This document shows positions 47,858-57,861 of a stretch of 64,000 nucleotides of DNA, piece by piece (positions within the stretch are counted from its first letter, which is position 1; each line of letters begins with the position of its first letter). The translations under genes and the position numbers were made by a program. The DNA is from a virus: the IMG/VR virus record IMGVR_UViG_3300049324_000053. The stretch is one strand, 5' to 3'. Under the pieces are notes generated by a model. It had not been told where the DNA came from. It made no database searches and saw nothing but the letters and a program-made list of their open reading frames with translations.

Positions 47858-49210
47858 TCAGTGGGCTGCTAGGTCCATGAACCGGCTGTAATGGCCCTGG
47901 AACGCGACGGAGATGACGCCGGTGGGTCCGTTGCGGTGTTTGGCCACGATCAGGTCGGCCTCACCTGCGCGGGGGCTTTCCGGCTCGTACATGTCCTCGC
48001 GATGCATCAGGATGATCACGTCGGCGTCCTGTTCGATGGCACCTGACTCACGCAGGTCCGACAGCATCGGCTTCTTGTCCGCCCGCGACTCCGGGTTGCG
48101 GTTCAGCTGCGAGAGCGCCACGACTGGTACATGCAGTTCCTTGGCCAGCAGCTTCAGCGACCGGCTCATCTCGGCGACCTCCTGCTGGCGTGATTCGGTG
48201 CGTTTGGTTGAGTTCAGCAGCTGCAGGTAGTCCACCACGATCAGCGCCAGATCGTTCTTCTGCCGCAGCCGGCGGGTCTTGGCCCGGATTTCGGTGATGG
48301 TCAGGTACGGCGAGTCGTCGACGAACAGCGGCGCCGCGGTCAGGTTCCCGTATTGCAAAGCGAGTCTGTCCCAGTCCTCGTCTTGCATCTTGCCGGCACG
48401 CAGTCGCTGCAGCTGGACGCGCGCCTCCGCGGACAGCAACCGGGTGGTGATCTCTGAACGGCTCATCTCCAGGCTGAACAGTGCAGCAGCTTTCCCGTGA
48501 CGCAGCGTGGAGTTGCGTACGAAGTCCAGCCCGAGGGTGGATTTGCCGACTGCGGGACGCGCCGCGATGATGATCAGTTGCCCGGGGTGCAAGCCATTGG
48601 TGAGGTTGTCCAGGTCCGTGAAGCCTGTGGGCACCCCATGGGCCTTGCCGTCTTCCTTTTGGCGTGCCTCGATCTCCTCGATGGTGGGCTGGATCAGATC
48701 ACTGAGACGGACGACGTCCTGGTTCATCTGCTGCTCGGCGACGTCGAACACCGCCGCCTGCGCCGCGTCCACCATGTGATCAATGTCTGGTGATGGTGCG
48801 TAGCCGAGCTGCACGATGCGGGTGCCGGCCTCGATGACGCGCCGTGCGATGGCCTTCTCGGACACGATCTGGGCGTAGTACCCGGCGTTCGCCGCGGTCG
48901 GTACCGAGTTGATCAGCGTGTGCAGGTAGGGCAGGTCGCCGGCGCGGACGAGCTGGTCCTGGCGTACCAGCTCTGCTCCCACGGTGACGACGTCGGTGGG
49001 GATGTTGTCGGTGAACAACCGCACGATCGTGTCGAACACGATCGCGTGCCGTGGCAGGTAGAAATCGGCGCCGCGCAGCACCTCGACGACGTCGGCGATG
49101 GCGTCGGTGCTCAGCAGCATTCCGCCCAGAACGCCCTGTTCAGCGGCCTCGTCGTGCGGCGGGGTCCGGTCGAACGTGCGGTTCGCGCCGTTCATGTTCC
49201 CGTCGGTCAT
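47858..49210 (-). CDS. dnaB: Replicative DNA helicase, full length
   Basis: PPHDEAAEQGVLG, AARPAVGKS, SLEMS, DYLQL, SQLNR, DLRESGAIEQDAD, KHRNGP. Confidence 0.97.
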   Translation of the reverse strand: MTDGNMNGANRTFDRTPPHDEAAEQGVLGGMLLSTDAIADVVEVLRGADFYLPRHAIVFDTIVRLFTDNIPTDVVTVGAELVRQDQLVRAGDLPYLHTLINSVPTAANAGYYAQIVSEKAIARRVIEAGTRIVQLGYAPSPDIDHMVDAAQAAVFDVAEQQMNQDVVRLSDLIQPTIEEIEARQKEDGKAHGVPTGFTDLDNLTNGLHPGQLIIIAARPAVGKSTLGLDFVRNSTLRHGKAAALFSLEMSRSEITTRLLSAEARVQLQRLRAGKMQDEDWDRLALQYGNLTAAPLFVDDSPYLTITEIRAKTRRLRQKNDLALIVVDYLQLLNSTKRTESRQQEVAEMSRSLKLLAKELHVPVVALSQLNRNPESRADKKPMLSDLRESGAIEQDADVIILMHREDMYEPESPRAGEADLIVAKHRNGPTGVISVAFQGHYSRFMDLAAH

Positions 49211-49796
49211 CCATGCTCCCTTGCTGGTGCCAGGAGCGACAGCCTACGGGCCGCGAAGGAAGCACCGGGAGCAGACGGGGCGGGCGTCATTGTCCAGCCA
49301 AGGCTCGCCGTCGGACGTATCGGCAGGGTCTCCGCATGTCGCGCAGCGGTCCGCCGGAGGGCTCGGATCCGGGGGGGTGCTCATGGCTTCGAGTGTGCCG
49401 TACCGGCGTGTCCACGGTGGGGGTACTGCGCGACGGCGGCAGGATGCGCTAGGGTCGTCGATCAGGCCACCTGGCCTGAGAAATAAATGAAGACCCAGCA
49501 TCGACGCCAATCTGCGCTGGGCCTTCATACGAACTTCGAGCTGAGAGCACTCTACATGCCATCTTCTGGGCTGTGCAACTCGCCGGGCGCATCGCGCCGC
49601 GAGTCCTCATCTCGTTCACCTGCCGTCGCGGGCGTTAACGATGTCGTAACCGACATGGCGCCTACCGCAGGTGCATTGATCATGACAATAGAAGAAGCCC
49701 CCGCAGCTTCGCCGGCCAGTGGGGGCTTCTTCTTCCAACCGAACCCACGAGACACACGAAGGACCGAAAATCTGACCGTGTGTCACGAAGGACCGA

Positions 49797-51608
49797 ATGA
49801 GCATCAGCTTAGCTTCTACGCAGCCCCCTGACCATCACTATGGTGTGGCGTCCGTCACTGAACAAGTGCGATGGTTCGCCACTGATCTGAACATTCGGAA
49901 CGCGGCTCGTGACGCATTGTGCGGACATGGTCGCATCGGGTCATTCGCTGACTGTGTCCTGGAACGGATGCGTCTGCTCGTCGACTGGCGTGAACCGCTG
50001 GCCATGGTGCCCGGCGCGCCGTCGGGCACCGACCCCACCGGCGGGCACAGCATCCATTCACGCGCTCAGCTGCTCGGCGTGCGTCATGAGCATCTGGCCC
50101 GGGTCGAAGCGCTGCTCGTCGCACACCAGCTGGCCCTGTACGACACCGACGGCAGCCTGCGGATCGCGGCCTGGAAGCTCGCCGGCCGCCAGTCGGCCAA
50201 CAAGCACCGTTACGGCCATGTGCGGACCACGCAGTCGACCTACGACAAGTGGTGGCAGGCGCTGCTGGACGCCGGCCTGCCATCCTTCGTGCGGTATCTG
50301 GTCTTCGGTGCGCTCGCCGCCCTGGAACGTGATCCGGCGTTGACCGGCGACGACGGTGAACTGCTGTGCGATGTGATCTCCACGGCCGAGCAGCTACGGA
50401 TACCGCGCAGCACCTGGGCGCGCTGGCTGGTGCTGCTCGTCAAGCATGGGGTGCTGATGCGGATGGGGCGCGGCCGGTACCGGCTGGTGTTCGACGCGGC
50501 GGTGCGCCGGCGGCCGGCCTTCCTGCTGGTCACGACGCCATCGGTGTCGTCGCTCGTCGAGGCGGCCGACGACGAGGCGGCCGACCCAGCTGGCGAGACG
50601 GCTGACGAACCGGCCGACGACCCGGCCGGCGACCCGGACCGAACGCTCGTTGAGGCGCCGCGAACTCTCACCGGCGGAACACGATCAAGCTTCCAGGGGG
50701 GTGACGAGAGCGTTTGGGCTCTCACCGGCGCAGAATCGCACCGCTCTGACCTGCGGGTTCGCGGCCCTGTAGAAGCAAAAGAATCTTTAAAGGAAGAAGC
50801 TAAAGCTGCACAGCTACGAGCAAGCTCAGGCTTCTTCCTCGATCACTTCAAAGAGCCGGCCGGGCGGCGGGTGCGGGCGCTGCTGGAGATCCTCATGAGC
50901 GTTCGTCTCGACCTGGCGCCAAGGATGACCGATTCGTTCCCGTTGCGCCGGGCGCTGGGCGACGTCATCGCCGCCGGTGACGAGCTGAACTACCCCGACT
51001 GGCGGGTCTGCCGCGACGTCAAGGAGCACTGGATTTACTCCGCGGACACCGTCGGTGGCGTGGTCTACGCCATGAAGGCGCTGGCCAAGGACTACCAGCA
51101 GCTACGCGACCGCAAGCAGGCCGCGGCGGCACGCCGCCGGCTGCTCGATGCCGACCAGGTGCCTTCAGCTTCGCCGAAGCCGACCGCCGAGCAGCTGGCG
51201 GCCGCCGATGCCGCGCTGGCCGCCAAGGCGGACGCCAACGAGGCCGCTGTTGGCGCTCAACAGGCCCAGGCTGCGCGAGAACGGGCTGCTCAGGCGCAGG
51301 CGTTGGCTGCGCGGGAGGCAGATCCGAATTCGTCGTTCAACATGATCAGGGCTGCCGGCGCCGCGGCGAGGCGGCAGGACGAGCGTCGTACGGCGGTGTT
51401 CGCTGCGCTGCGCGCCGCCGAGCAGAACCAACTGGCGAGGCGACTGGTGCCGGGCGAGTCGCGGGGCCCGGCGTGGAAGCCGTTGCCGGAGAGGGTGGCG
51501 AGGTTGGTGCTGGCCGAACTGGACAAGCGTTGCGGTGCGGATGCGCCGGCCGCGCGGTTGATCGCGTGCGCCAGGACGGTGCTCGGTGGGGAGAGTGCGG
51601 TCGCATAA
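49797..51608 (+). CDS. Putative replication initiator (wHTH)
   Basis: 603 aa; 'TAEQLRIPRSTWARWLVLLVKHGVL'; divergent from dnaB; internal A-rich tract. Confidence 0.55.
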   Translation: MSISLASTQPPDHHYGVASVTEQVRWFATDLNIRNAARDALCGHGRIGSFADCVLERMRLLVDWREPLAMVPGAPSGTDPTGGHSIHSRAQLLGVRHEHLARVEALLVAHQLALYDTDGSLRIAAWKLAGRQSANKHRYGHVRTTQSTYDKWWQALLDAGLPSFVRYLVFGALAALERDPALTGDDGELLCDVISTAEQLRIPRSTWARWLVLLVKHGVLMRMGRGRYRLVFDAAVRRRPAFLLVTTPSVSSLVEAADDEAADPAGETADEPADDPAGDPDRTLVEAPRTLTGGTRSSFQGGDESVWALTGAESHRSDLRVRGPVEAKESLKEEAKAAQLRASSGFFLDHFKEPAGRRVRALLEILMSVRLDLAPRMTDSFPLRRALGDVIAAGDELNYPDWRVCRDVKEHWIYSADTVGGVVYAMKALAKDYQQLRDRKQAAAARRRLLDADQVPSASPKPTAEQLAAADAALAAKADANEAAVGAQQAQAARERAAQAQALAAREADPNSSFNMIRAAGAAARRQDERRTAVFAALRAAEQNQLARRLVPGESRGPAWKPLPERVARLVLAELDKRCGADAPAARLIACARTVLGGESAVA

Positions 51609-52136
51609 CAGGCCGAAGGTCCCCACAAATTCCATCATTTCCGACTACTCAGGATCATCGGTGACTTGCCGATACAGACGCGAAAGAACAGACACAGCGT
51701 CATGAATGGGAAGGTCATACGGTGGAAGAGATTCCGCGGTGCACGTTGGCCGCGATCTACGTTGTCCTGCGCACCGTGGTTGATGAGCCTTCGACCGAGC
51801 GGCGGGGGTTGCTGGTCGAGCGGGTCATGGCGATGCTGCCACCGGCGCTGAAGGCGCGGGTGATTCGGGTGGCGACGCAACGGGTGCAGTCCGGGCGCCT
51901 GATTCATGTGCCGGCGCAAGGTCCCGGCGGATGTGCCGATGAGGGTTGCCACTGATGCGGCGGCTGGGCCCCGCTCCGGCCCGGCAGGGGGTTGCGGGCC
52001 GGAGCGTGTGACTGGCAACTTCGAGGCCAGACCCTAGCATTTTTCGCGTATCGTGCGCAACGGGTTCGGCATGTTGCGCATTGTGTCTGTAACGCTGCGG
52101 TATGTTGCGACTGCCCCCGAGTGGAAGCCGCCGCCC

Positions 52137-52886
52137 ATGCCAGAGCAGACGAACGACGTCGTTGACGTCAACTACCGACTCGACGCCGTCAACCGCGCCA
52201 TGGGCCTGGTCGCACGTGCACCGCACCCCGAACTGACCGACCTGCTCGCCTACGCGGACAGCATCTACCGGTGGCTGTCCCTACGATCCCGGCGTGCCGA
52301 CGGCCAGTCCGACGAAGGGATCCGGCTGCAGGCGTACGACCGCAGCCAGCAGTTCAACAGCCGCTGGTCGTACCTGTCCACGAACCTGCCCTACCTGCTC
52401 GACGCCGCGGAAACGATCTACAAGTACCTCGTCTCCGGGCCCATCGACGAGGTTCCCGTCCAGCTCAACGTGTACGTCAGCGACCCGTACGAGCAAGGCA
52501 CCTCCACCCCCATCTCGAAAGGAACGATCATCGTGGCCGTACAGATGCGCGACACCCAGCAGGTCCGCGTCAGCGTCGAAGCTGTCGACTCCAAAGGCAA
52601 TCAGGTCGAAAGCGGCAACCTGACCTGGACCAGCGACAACGAGACCGTCGCCACCATCACCGTCGACCCGGACAACGCGATGGCCGCCATCATCGTCGCC
52701 GGCAGCCCCGGCGCCGCGGTCGTCACTGTGTCCGACGGCAACCTGTCCGGACAGGAACTGATCACCGTGACCGCCGGCGCCGCGGCAAGCTTCAGCCTGT
52801 CCGAGGGCCCCATCACCGAGCAGCCCGCCGCGGCAACGCCGCCCGCCGCGGCGGCACCCGGCGACGGCGGTGTGACCAACAACTGA
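52137..52886 (+). CDS. Protein with duplicated N-terminal helical repeat + C-terminal Ig-like (Big2) domain
   Basis: 'VDSKGNQV...LTWTSDNETVATI...G.AVVTVS'. Confidence 0.7.
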   Translation: MPEQTNDVVDVNYRLDAVNRAMGLVARAPHPELTDLLAYADSIYRWLSLRSRRADGQSDEGIRLQAYDRSQQFNSRWSYLSTNLPYLLDAAETIYKYLVSGPIDEVPVQLNVYVSDPYEQGTSTPISKGTIIVAVQMRDTQQVRVSVEAVDSKGNQVESGNLTWTSDNETVATITVDPDNAMAAIIVAGSPGAAVVTVSDGNLSGQELITVTAGAAASFSLSEGPITEQPAAATPPAAAAPGDGGVTNN

Positions 52887-53054
52887 GCGCGAGCGCGCAC
52901 CTCGCTGCGCGCTCGGTTCGGACTCGACACGCCGCCTGGGGGGATGGGCGTGGAGAATTCCGGGTAACCGCAAGACCCCCTTTGACGTGGCGCAGCCGTG
53001 GCGATGGCACCCGCCCGCGGCTGCGTCACACCCCCCGGCACGAAGGACGACATC

Positions 53055-53447
53055 ATGCGCCGCATCATCGAGCAGCTCACCGACGACCTGACCGACGCAC
53101 CCGCCGACGAGACCGTGCGCTTCGCGCTCGACGGCACGAGCTACCTCATCGACCTGACCGCCGACAACGCCAAGACGATGCGGGAAGCGTTCGCGGCGTA
53201 TGTCGAGGTAGCTCGCCGGGACAGTGCACCGGCCACCGGCGGCCGCGCGGCGGCCCGCGGCGGCGGCCGGCGGGTCACCGCGGCCGCGCAACGTGCCGCG
53301 CGCAGCGCGTATCTGCAGTCGGTGCGGGCCTGGGCCCGGGACCACGGTTACACGATGTCGGAGTTCGGGCGGGTACCGGAGTCGGTGCTTGCCGCGTACG
53401 GCGAAGCGACCGGCGTGCACAGCCCCGACGATCTGACCGACGTCTGA
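53055..53447 (+). CDS. lsr2: Lsr2 family protein
   Basis: DDL, ETVRFALDGTSYLIDLT..NA, VRAWARDHGYTMSEFGRVP..V.AAY. Confidence 0.92.
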   Translation: MRRIIEQLTDDLTDAPADETVRFALDGTSYLIDLTADNAKTMREAFAAYVEVARRDSAPATGGRAAARGGGRRVTAAAQRAARSAYLQSVRAWARDHGYTMSEFGRVPESVLAAYGEATGVHSPDDLTDV

Positions 53448-53453
53448 CCGGCG

Positions 53454-53735
53454 ATGTCCGGTGTGACGCAGGTGCGGTGGTTGCGGCCGGCGGACGGGCA
53501 GGTGTTCCACGCGTTCGTCGGCCCGGCGCCGGGCCGTTCGGAATGCGCGGAGCCGTTCAACGACCGTTGGGAGCCCCCCGATGTGGGAACGGTCTGGATG
53601 CCGCTGTGCCCGCGCTGCCTGACCGCACGGCTGTCGGCACCGCTGCCGCTGCTGCCGGACGTGGCGCTCGGACCCCCGGTCGCCACGGTGGCCGCCGACA
53701 TGCCACGTCAGCCGACCCCGGGGCCTGGTACCTGA
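53454..53735 (+). CDS. Zn-finger-like hypothetical protein
   Basis: H...C...CPRC. Confidence 0.5.
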   Translation: MSGVTQVRWLRPADGQVFHAFVGPAPGRSECAEPFNDRWEPPDVGTVWMPLCPRCLTARLSAPLPLLPDVALGPPVATVAADMPRQPTPGPGT

Positions 53736-53812
53736 TCCGATCTGATCCGATCTGCCGACGGTCCCGCCGATAGCACCAGCAACGACACACCCGGCGACAG
53801 TAGGGCGGCGCG

Positions 53813-53992
53813 ATGAGCAGCAAGGAACCCGATCGCGTTCTCGGTGACGGGGCGAAGGGCGACCTGGAACATCCTGAGCGGACAGCACCCGCAGCCGACC
53901 CGGCCGCGGCCGTCAACACCGACCAGGACAAGACCGTCGACACCGCAGCCGACGCGGCCAGCAAGAACGACTCTCACGCTGACAAGGAGTAG
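53813..53992 (+). CDS. 59-aa acidic disordered peptide (not in ORF track)
   Basis: Its 3' end supplies the AAGGAG RBS for the next gene. Confidence 0.5.
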   Translation: MSSKEPDRVLGDGAKGDLEHPERTAPAADPAAAVNTDQDKTVDTAADAASKNDSHADKE

Positions 53993-53994
53993 TC

Positions 53995-54345
53995 ATGCCT
54001 ACCAGCCCCCTTAGTGGCGACCCGGGCAAGGGCGTCGCCAAGAACGCTCCCGAGGTCACCAGCGAGACCAAGCCGGCCCCGCAACAGCAGGAAGCCGCGC
54101 CGGCCCTGTCGCACGGTGAGGAGCCCGGCTGGGTCACCTCCCGCCGGGAAGCGGAACACAAGTCGATGAACGACCCCGCCGGTCAGACGCCGCTGCAGAT
54201 GCGCGCCGGCAACCACGACCCGGCTGTCGACCCCGCCACCGACGACAACGGCCCGACCCGCACCATCAAGCCCGACGGCATGGAGCCCGGCGCGCTGCCC
54301 GACGACGAGCCGCCGATCGTCGGCGGCACTCTGCCGCCGGTCTGA
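53995..54345 (+). CDS. Acidic disordered protein
   Basis: AAGGAG RBS. Confidence 0.65.
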   Translation: MPTSPLSGDPGKGVAKNAPEVTSETKPAPQQQEAAPALSHGEEPGWVTSRREAEHKSMNDPAGQTPLQMRAGNHDPAVDPATDDNGPTRTIKPDGMEPGALPDDEPPIVGGTLPPV

Positions 54346-54622
54346 CCCCCAACTCGTCCGGCTCACTGGGCGTCGGCCGGACGGGCGGCGCGGCACTGCT
54401 GCCTGTGGGCCGGTGCCGCGCCGCAGTACAAGGACAGGTGGTAGCGATGCGTCGCGAGACCGCGACCTGGGACGTCGACCTTCCGCATGCGTTCCGGCCG
54501 ACTCGGCGCGCCGACACGTGCTGGTGCGGCCGCAGCCCGGCTGACGACCTGCACGACGAGGTGCCGGCCGGCCCGGAACGTGCCGCGCAGGTTGTCGTCA
54601 CCGAGAAGGGCACCTAGAGCTG

Positions 54623-54880
54623 ATGCTGGAACGGCGTGCCTGCGACTGCACCGTCGACGAGTCCGGTGCATCGGCGCGCACTCTCGGCCATGAGGTGCCC
54701 GGCATATACGACGGGGTGCTGTTCTGGCAGTGCAGCGCCTGCCGTGACTGCTGGCCCCGGTTCGACGCCGGCGACGACCCCCGGTTGCATGCTGCTGCGG
54801 TGCGCTATCTGGAGGCGCACCCGGGCGGGGTGTTCACCGGGGGCATGTTCGGCGAGCATCGCCCGTTTGGGCATGACTGA
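54623..54880 (+). CDS. Small hypothetical protein
   Basis: 'YDGVLFWQCSAC...W.RF'. Confidence 0.55.
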   Translation: MLERRACDCTVDESGASARTLGHEVPGIYDGVLFWQCSACRDCWPRFDAGDDPRLHAAAVRYLEAHPGGVFTGGMFGEHRPFGHD

Positions 54881-55005
54881 TTGTTGTCGTTCTGTTACTG
54901 ATTGTGGTCTATGGTTCGGCCCGTTATTACTGTTGAGCGGAAGACGAATGTCGCGTCGTCGGTGTCTTGCCGTGTCCCGGCATAGTGTTCGTTAATGTGC
55001 TCGGC

Positions 55006-55437
55006 GTGACCTATGTGCGTGTAACGTCCGCCCTGGCCCTCGTAGGCGCTTTGACCGTGAGTACGCTGCTCACCGGGTGCAACACCGACGCCAAGCAGCC
55101 CAGCTCCATAGCCACCAGCGCGCCCACGTCGGCCGCCGGCACCGGCACCGGTCACGTCGAGGACGTCACCATCATCAGCTGTGACATCGACCCGACGATC
55201 CAATTTCCGGCTATCAAGTACACCGTGACCAACCACAGCTCGAAGCGGTCGAACTACATCATCGAGATCGTCGTCACGAACGCCGCGGGACAGCAGGTCG
55301 GCACCGCGCCGGGCGCGGTCAACGGTCTGGAACCTGGCCAGTCGACCGCCCCGCAGGACACCTCTACTGCCGCGGTCGCCGCCGGCCCCATCAAGTGCAA
55401 GGTGTCCAGCGTCAGCCGGTATGCGGCGGCCGGCTAG
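55006..55437 (+). CDS. FxLYD-like lipoprotein
   Basis: Lipobox LTGC; 'VTNHSSKRSNY.I....NAAGQQVG....VNGLEPGQS'. Confidence 0.75.
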   Translation: MTYVRVTSALALVGALTVSTLLTGCNTDAKQPSSIATSAPTSAAGTGTGHVEDVTIISCDIDPTIQFPAIKYTVTNHSSKRSNYIIEIVVTNAAGQQVGTAPGAVNGLEPGQSTAPQDTSTAAVAAGPIKCKVSSVSRYAAAG

Positions 55438-55787
55438 TACAGCGCCTCGTTGCCGCAGTCCGGGCAGTCCGGGCTGTATCGCTTGTGCCGGCGGCCGCCG
55501 CGGTAGTACGACGCGCACGAACGGCGTTCCGTACCGATCTCCTTGATCCACCCGATCGGTTCCTCGCCGCCGTCCGCATCGAACGCGCCGGCGGCGAGCA
55601 CCACGGCCGGCAGGCTGTCGTGATAGCACCAGCCGCGCGCATAGAAGCCCGGCGCGTCCTTGCAGGTGAGGGTGACGCGCAGATTGCCACCCATCATGAC
55701 CATGACGTCGATGAAGTAGTACTCGGTTTCGCGCACCCGCCAGCCGCCTTCGATGCGCTGCGGGTTCTCAATCGAGACATTGCTCAT
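55434..55787 (-). CDS. Hypothetical protein
   Basis: 'RGWCY...EPIGWIK'. Confidence 0.65.
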   Translation of the reverse strand: MSNVSIENPQRIEGGWRVRETEYYFIDVMVMMGGNLRVTLTCKDAPGFYARGWCYHDSLPAVVLAAGAFDADGGEEPIGWIKEIGTERRSCASYYRGGRRHKRYSPDCPDCGNEALY

Positions 55788-55798
55788 CTCGTGAGGGT

Positions 55799-56002
55799 AT
55801 GGACAACTGGCGCCGGTATGGTGACGGCATGCAGGCTGAGTCGCAGTGGGATGCCGTAGCGGACGTGCGGGCGATGCGCGACGAGGACATTCGGATCTCG
55901 GACGAGAAGATGGAAGAGCAGCGGCGTGACGGCGCGGAAGGTCCGGAGATCAACGAGGTGGGCCGGGCCCTGCTGCGTGAACTCGGGCTGACGGTCCGAT
56001 GA
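55799..56002 (+). CDS. Small hypothetical protein
   Basis: GAGGG RBS; coupled. Confidence 0.55.
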   Translation: MDNWRRYGDGMQAESQWDAVADVRAMRDEDIRISDEKMEEQRRDGAEGPEINEVGRALLRELGLTVR

Positions 56003-56493
56003 GCATCGACGACACTCCGCCGTCAGCGGGCACTCCACTGGTCGTCTGTGCGGTGTGCGCCCGAGTGCTGTCCTATGACGGGACTGCTGGCGGGTACGCC
56101 CACAGTTTCCAGGACCGGGACACCGACCATCCGGCCGTGGCGACCTATGCCCGTGATCTGCCGACGCACCACGCGCGATGCGACTTTTGTAACGCGGACG
56201 TCGCCCATGATGCGGTCTGGACCGTGCCGGCCCGGGATTTTTGTCACCCGCAGATCCTTGGAGCGCCGCCGGAGGTGTCGGTCGGCGACTGGGCCGCATG
56301 CATCGGCTGTGTCGAGCTGGTCCGCTCGAACCGCTGGGATCAGCTGGTGGAACGGGTCGTGCGTCTGAGCCCGTCCCTGTCGAACGTTGCCTCCTTGCAG
56401 CAGCGCGCCTGGCTGGTGGCGTTGTACCGTAAGCTGGCCGAGCACATGACCGGCGAGCCCTACCGGGGGCCGACGCGACGCATCCAAGCGTGA
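55999..56493 (+). CDS. Cys-rich hypothetical protein
   Basis: CAVC, CDFC, WAACIGC. Confidence 0.7.
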   Translation: MSIDDTPPSAGTPLVVCAVCARVLSYDGTAGGYAHSFQDRDTDHPAVATYARDLPTHHARCDFCNADVAHDAVWTVPARDFCHPQILGAPPEVSVGDWAACIGCVELVRSNRWDQLVERVVRLSPSLSNVASLQQRAWLVALYRKLAEHMTGEPYRGPTRRIQA

Positions 56494-56556
56494 GCGAACT
56501 GTTGATCTGACGTCACGCTGCGCGACGGCGTTCGTGTTATCGCCTATGATGGGTTC

Positions 56557-57078
56557 ATGCCGACGCAGCCCGTTCCCACGCAGGATCGCCCTCGCCGCGG
56601 CTCCCGCGCCGGCACCGTGTCGGCCAGCGGCGAGTACAACCGGGCGCGGATCTTGGCGTATCTGGCGGACTGTGAGGCGCAGCGTAAGAATCCCACGATC
56701 TTGGAGATCGGCGCCGCGCTGGGGTTGGCGTTCGGCACGGTGCGCCGGCATCTGCTGACGATGGAGGCCGATGGCCGCATCGAGCGGGCCGGGCAGGTGG
56801 GGCAGGCGCGGGTGTGGCGTTTGACAACCTCGACGCCGGGACCGGTCGAGTCGCTGCGCGAGGTGTTCTGCGCTCGGCTGGCCGCTGCACGGATCACGGC
56901 GGGGTTGAGCGTCGAGCAGGCGGCCATGGCGGCAGGAGTGGCGCCGGAGTGGTTGCGACTGCTGGAGAACGGTGAGGCGCTCCCTGTGACCGGCATGCTG
57001 CTCGATCAGCTGGCGTCGGCGTATGGGACGTCCCTGGCGGCGTGGTTGTTCGAGCCGTTATTGGCTCCGATCGGCTGA
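56557..57078 (+). CDS. LexA-type wHTH fused to an XRE HTH
   Basis: 'ILAYL.....NPTILEIGAALGLAFGTVRRHLLTMEADGRIER' + 'RLAAARITAGLSVEQAA..AGV...LRLLENG'. Confidence 0.8.
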   Translation: MPTQPVPTQDRPRRGSRAGTVSASGEYNRARILAYLADCEAQRKNPTILEIGAALGLAFGTVRRHLLTMEADGRIERAGQVGQARVWRLTTSTPGPVESLREVFCARLAAARITAGLSVEQAAMAAGVAPEWLRLLENGEALPVTGMLLDQLASAYGTSLAAWLFEPLLAPIG

Positions 57079-57321
57079 CGCCGGCGATGTCCGCGACCGT
57101 GGTGGCGTATCTGGTCAGTTGCTGTGATTGTGCATGTCGCTGGGACACGGCGAACGCGCTTGTGGTCGGGGCGACGCATGCGGTGCGTTACCGGCATCAT
57201 GTCCGCGGCCAAGTTACTCGCGAGTACGAGTGGTCGCCTCCCCCGGCCCGAGACGACGATTCGTCCCAGCCGACGCTGTTCTGACCGTTTCCTCGCCGTC
57301 CGATGTGTTGGTGACGCAGCG

Positions 57322-57861
57322 TCAACCGCTCAGGGTGCGTCGCGGGGGGCGGACCGCCTGCCGGTGATCGCGTAATCCGCTGGTCGCCACGTCCCAGGCG
57401 CTGCGCAGATGCCGGGCCTGATCGCCGCCTTTGCCGCCGGCCGGTGGGCGGATGGGCCGCGGGTACACGGCGGCCGGCCCGGAGCCGTTCGCGCCGGGGC
57501 GCACCGTGACCAGCGGGCAGGGCCACTGTTCGGCGCCGATCGCGCCGAGGGTGATGGCGGTGGCAAGGATGCCGGACGGGTCGATGAACGCGAGCTTGCC
57601 GTGATGGTGGCTGTTGGGCCGGGTGACGCCCTCGACGGTGACCAGCGGCCAGGTGCCGGCCGGCGCTTCGGCCAGCAGGGTGTGCACGGTGGTGGTGACC
57701 TCGTGCAGATAGTGGGGGTCGACGTCGAGCAGTTGTCCGCCGCGGCGCACGACAACCATCGCCATCGCCAGGGTCATCGTGCCGGGCGCGGGGCCGATGG
57801 CGGCCACGATGCCGGTCTCGCGGCCGCCGGGGTCGACGCCGATGACGTAATGGATGGGCAT
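57322..57861 (-). CDS. RuvC-like Holliday junction resolvase
   Basis: VIGVDPGGRETG, VTVEG, 'HLRSAWDVA'. Confidence 0.65.
   Translation of the reverse strand: MPIHYVIGVDPGGRETGIVAAIGPAPGTMTLAMAMVVVRRGGQLLDVDPHYLHEVTTTVHTLLAEAPAGTWPLVTVEGVTRPNSHHHGKLAFIDPSGILATAITLGAIGAEQWPCPLVTVRPGANGSGPAAVYPRPIRPPAGGKGGDQARHLRSAWDVATSGLRDHRQAVRPPRRTLSG

Noticed and set aside
52271-53888. 500-aa and 535-aa ORFs
   Set aside because: These are Arg/Pro-rich shadow frames overlapping the Ig-domain and lsr2 genes, typical of high-GC DNA. The same applies to 14..931, 13912..14967, 19825..21030, 24866..26110 and 60750..61814.
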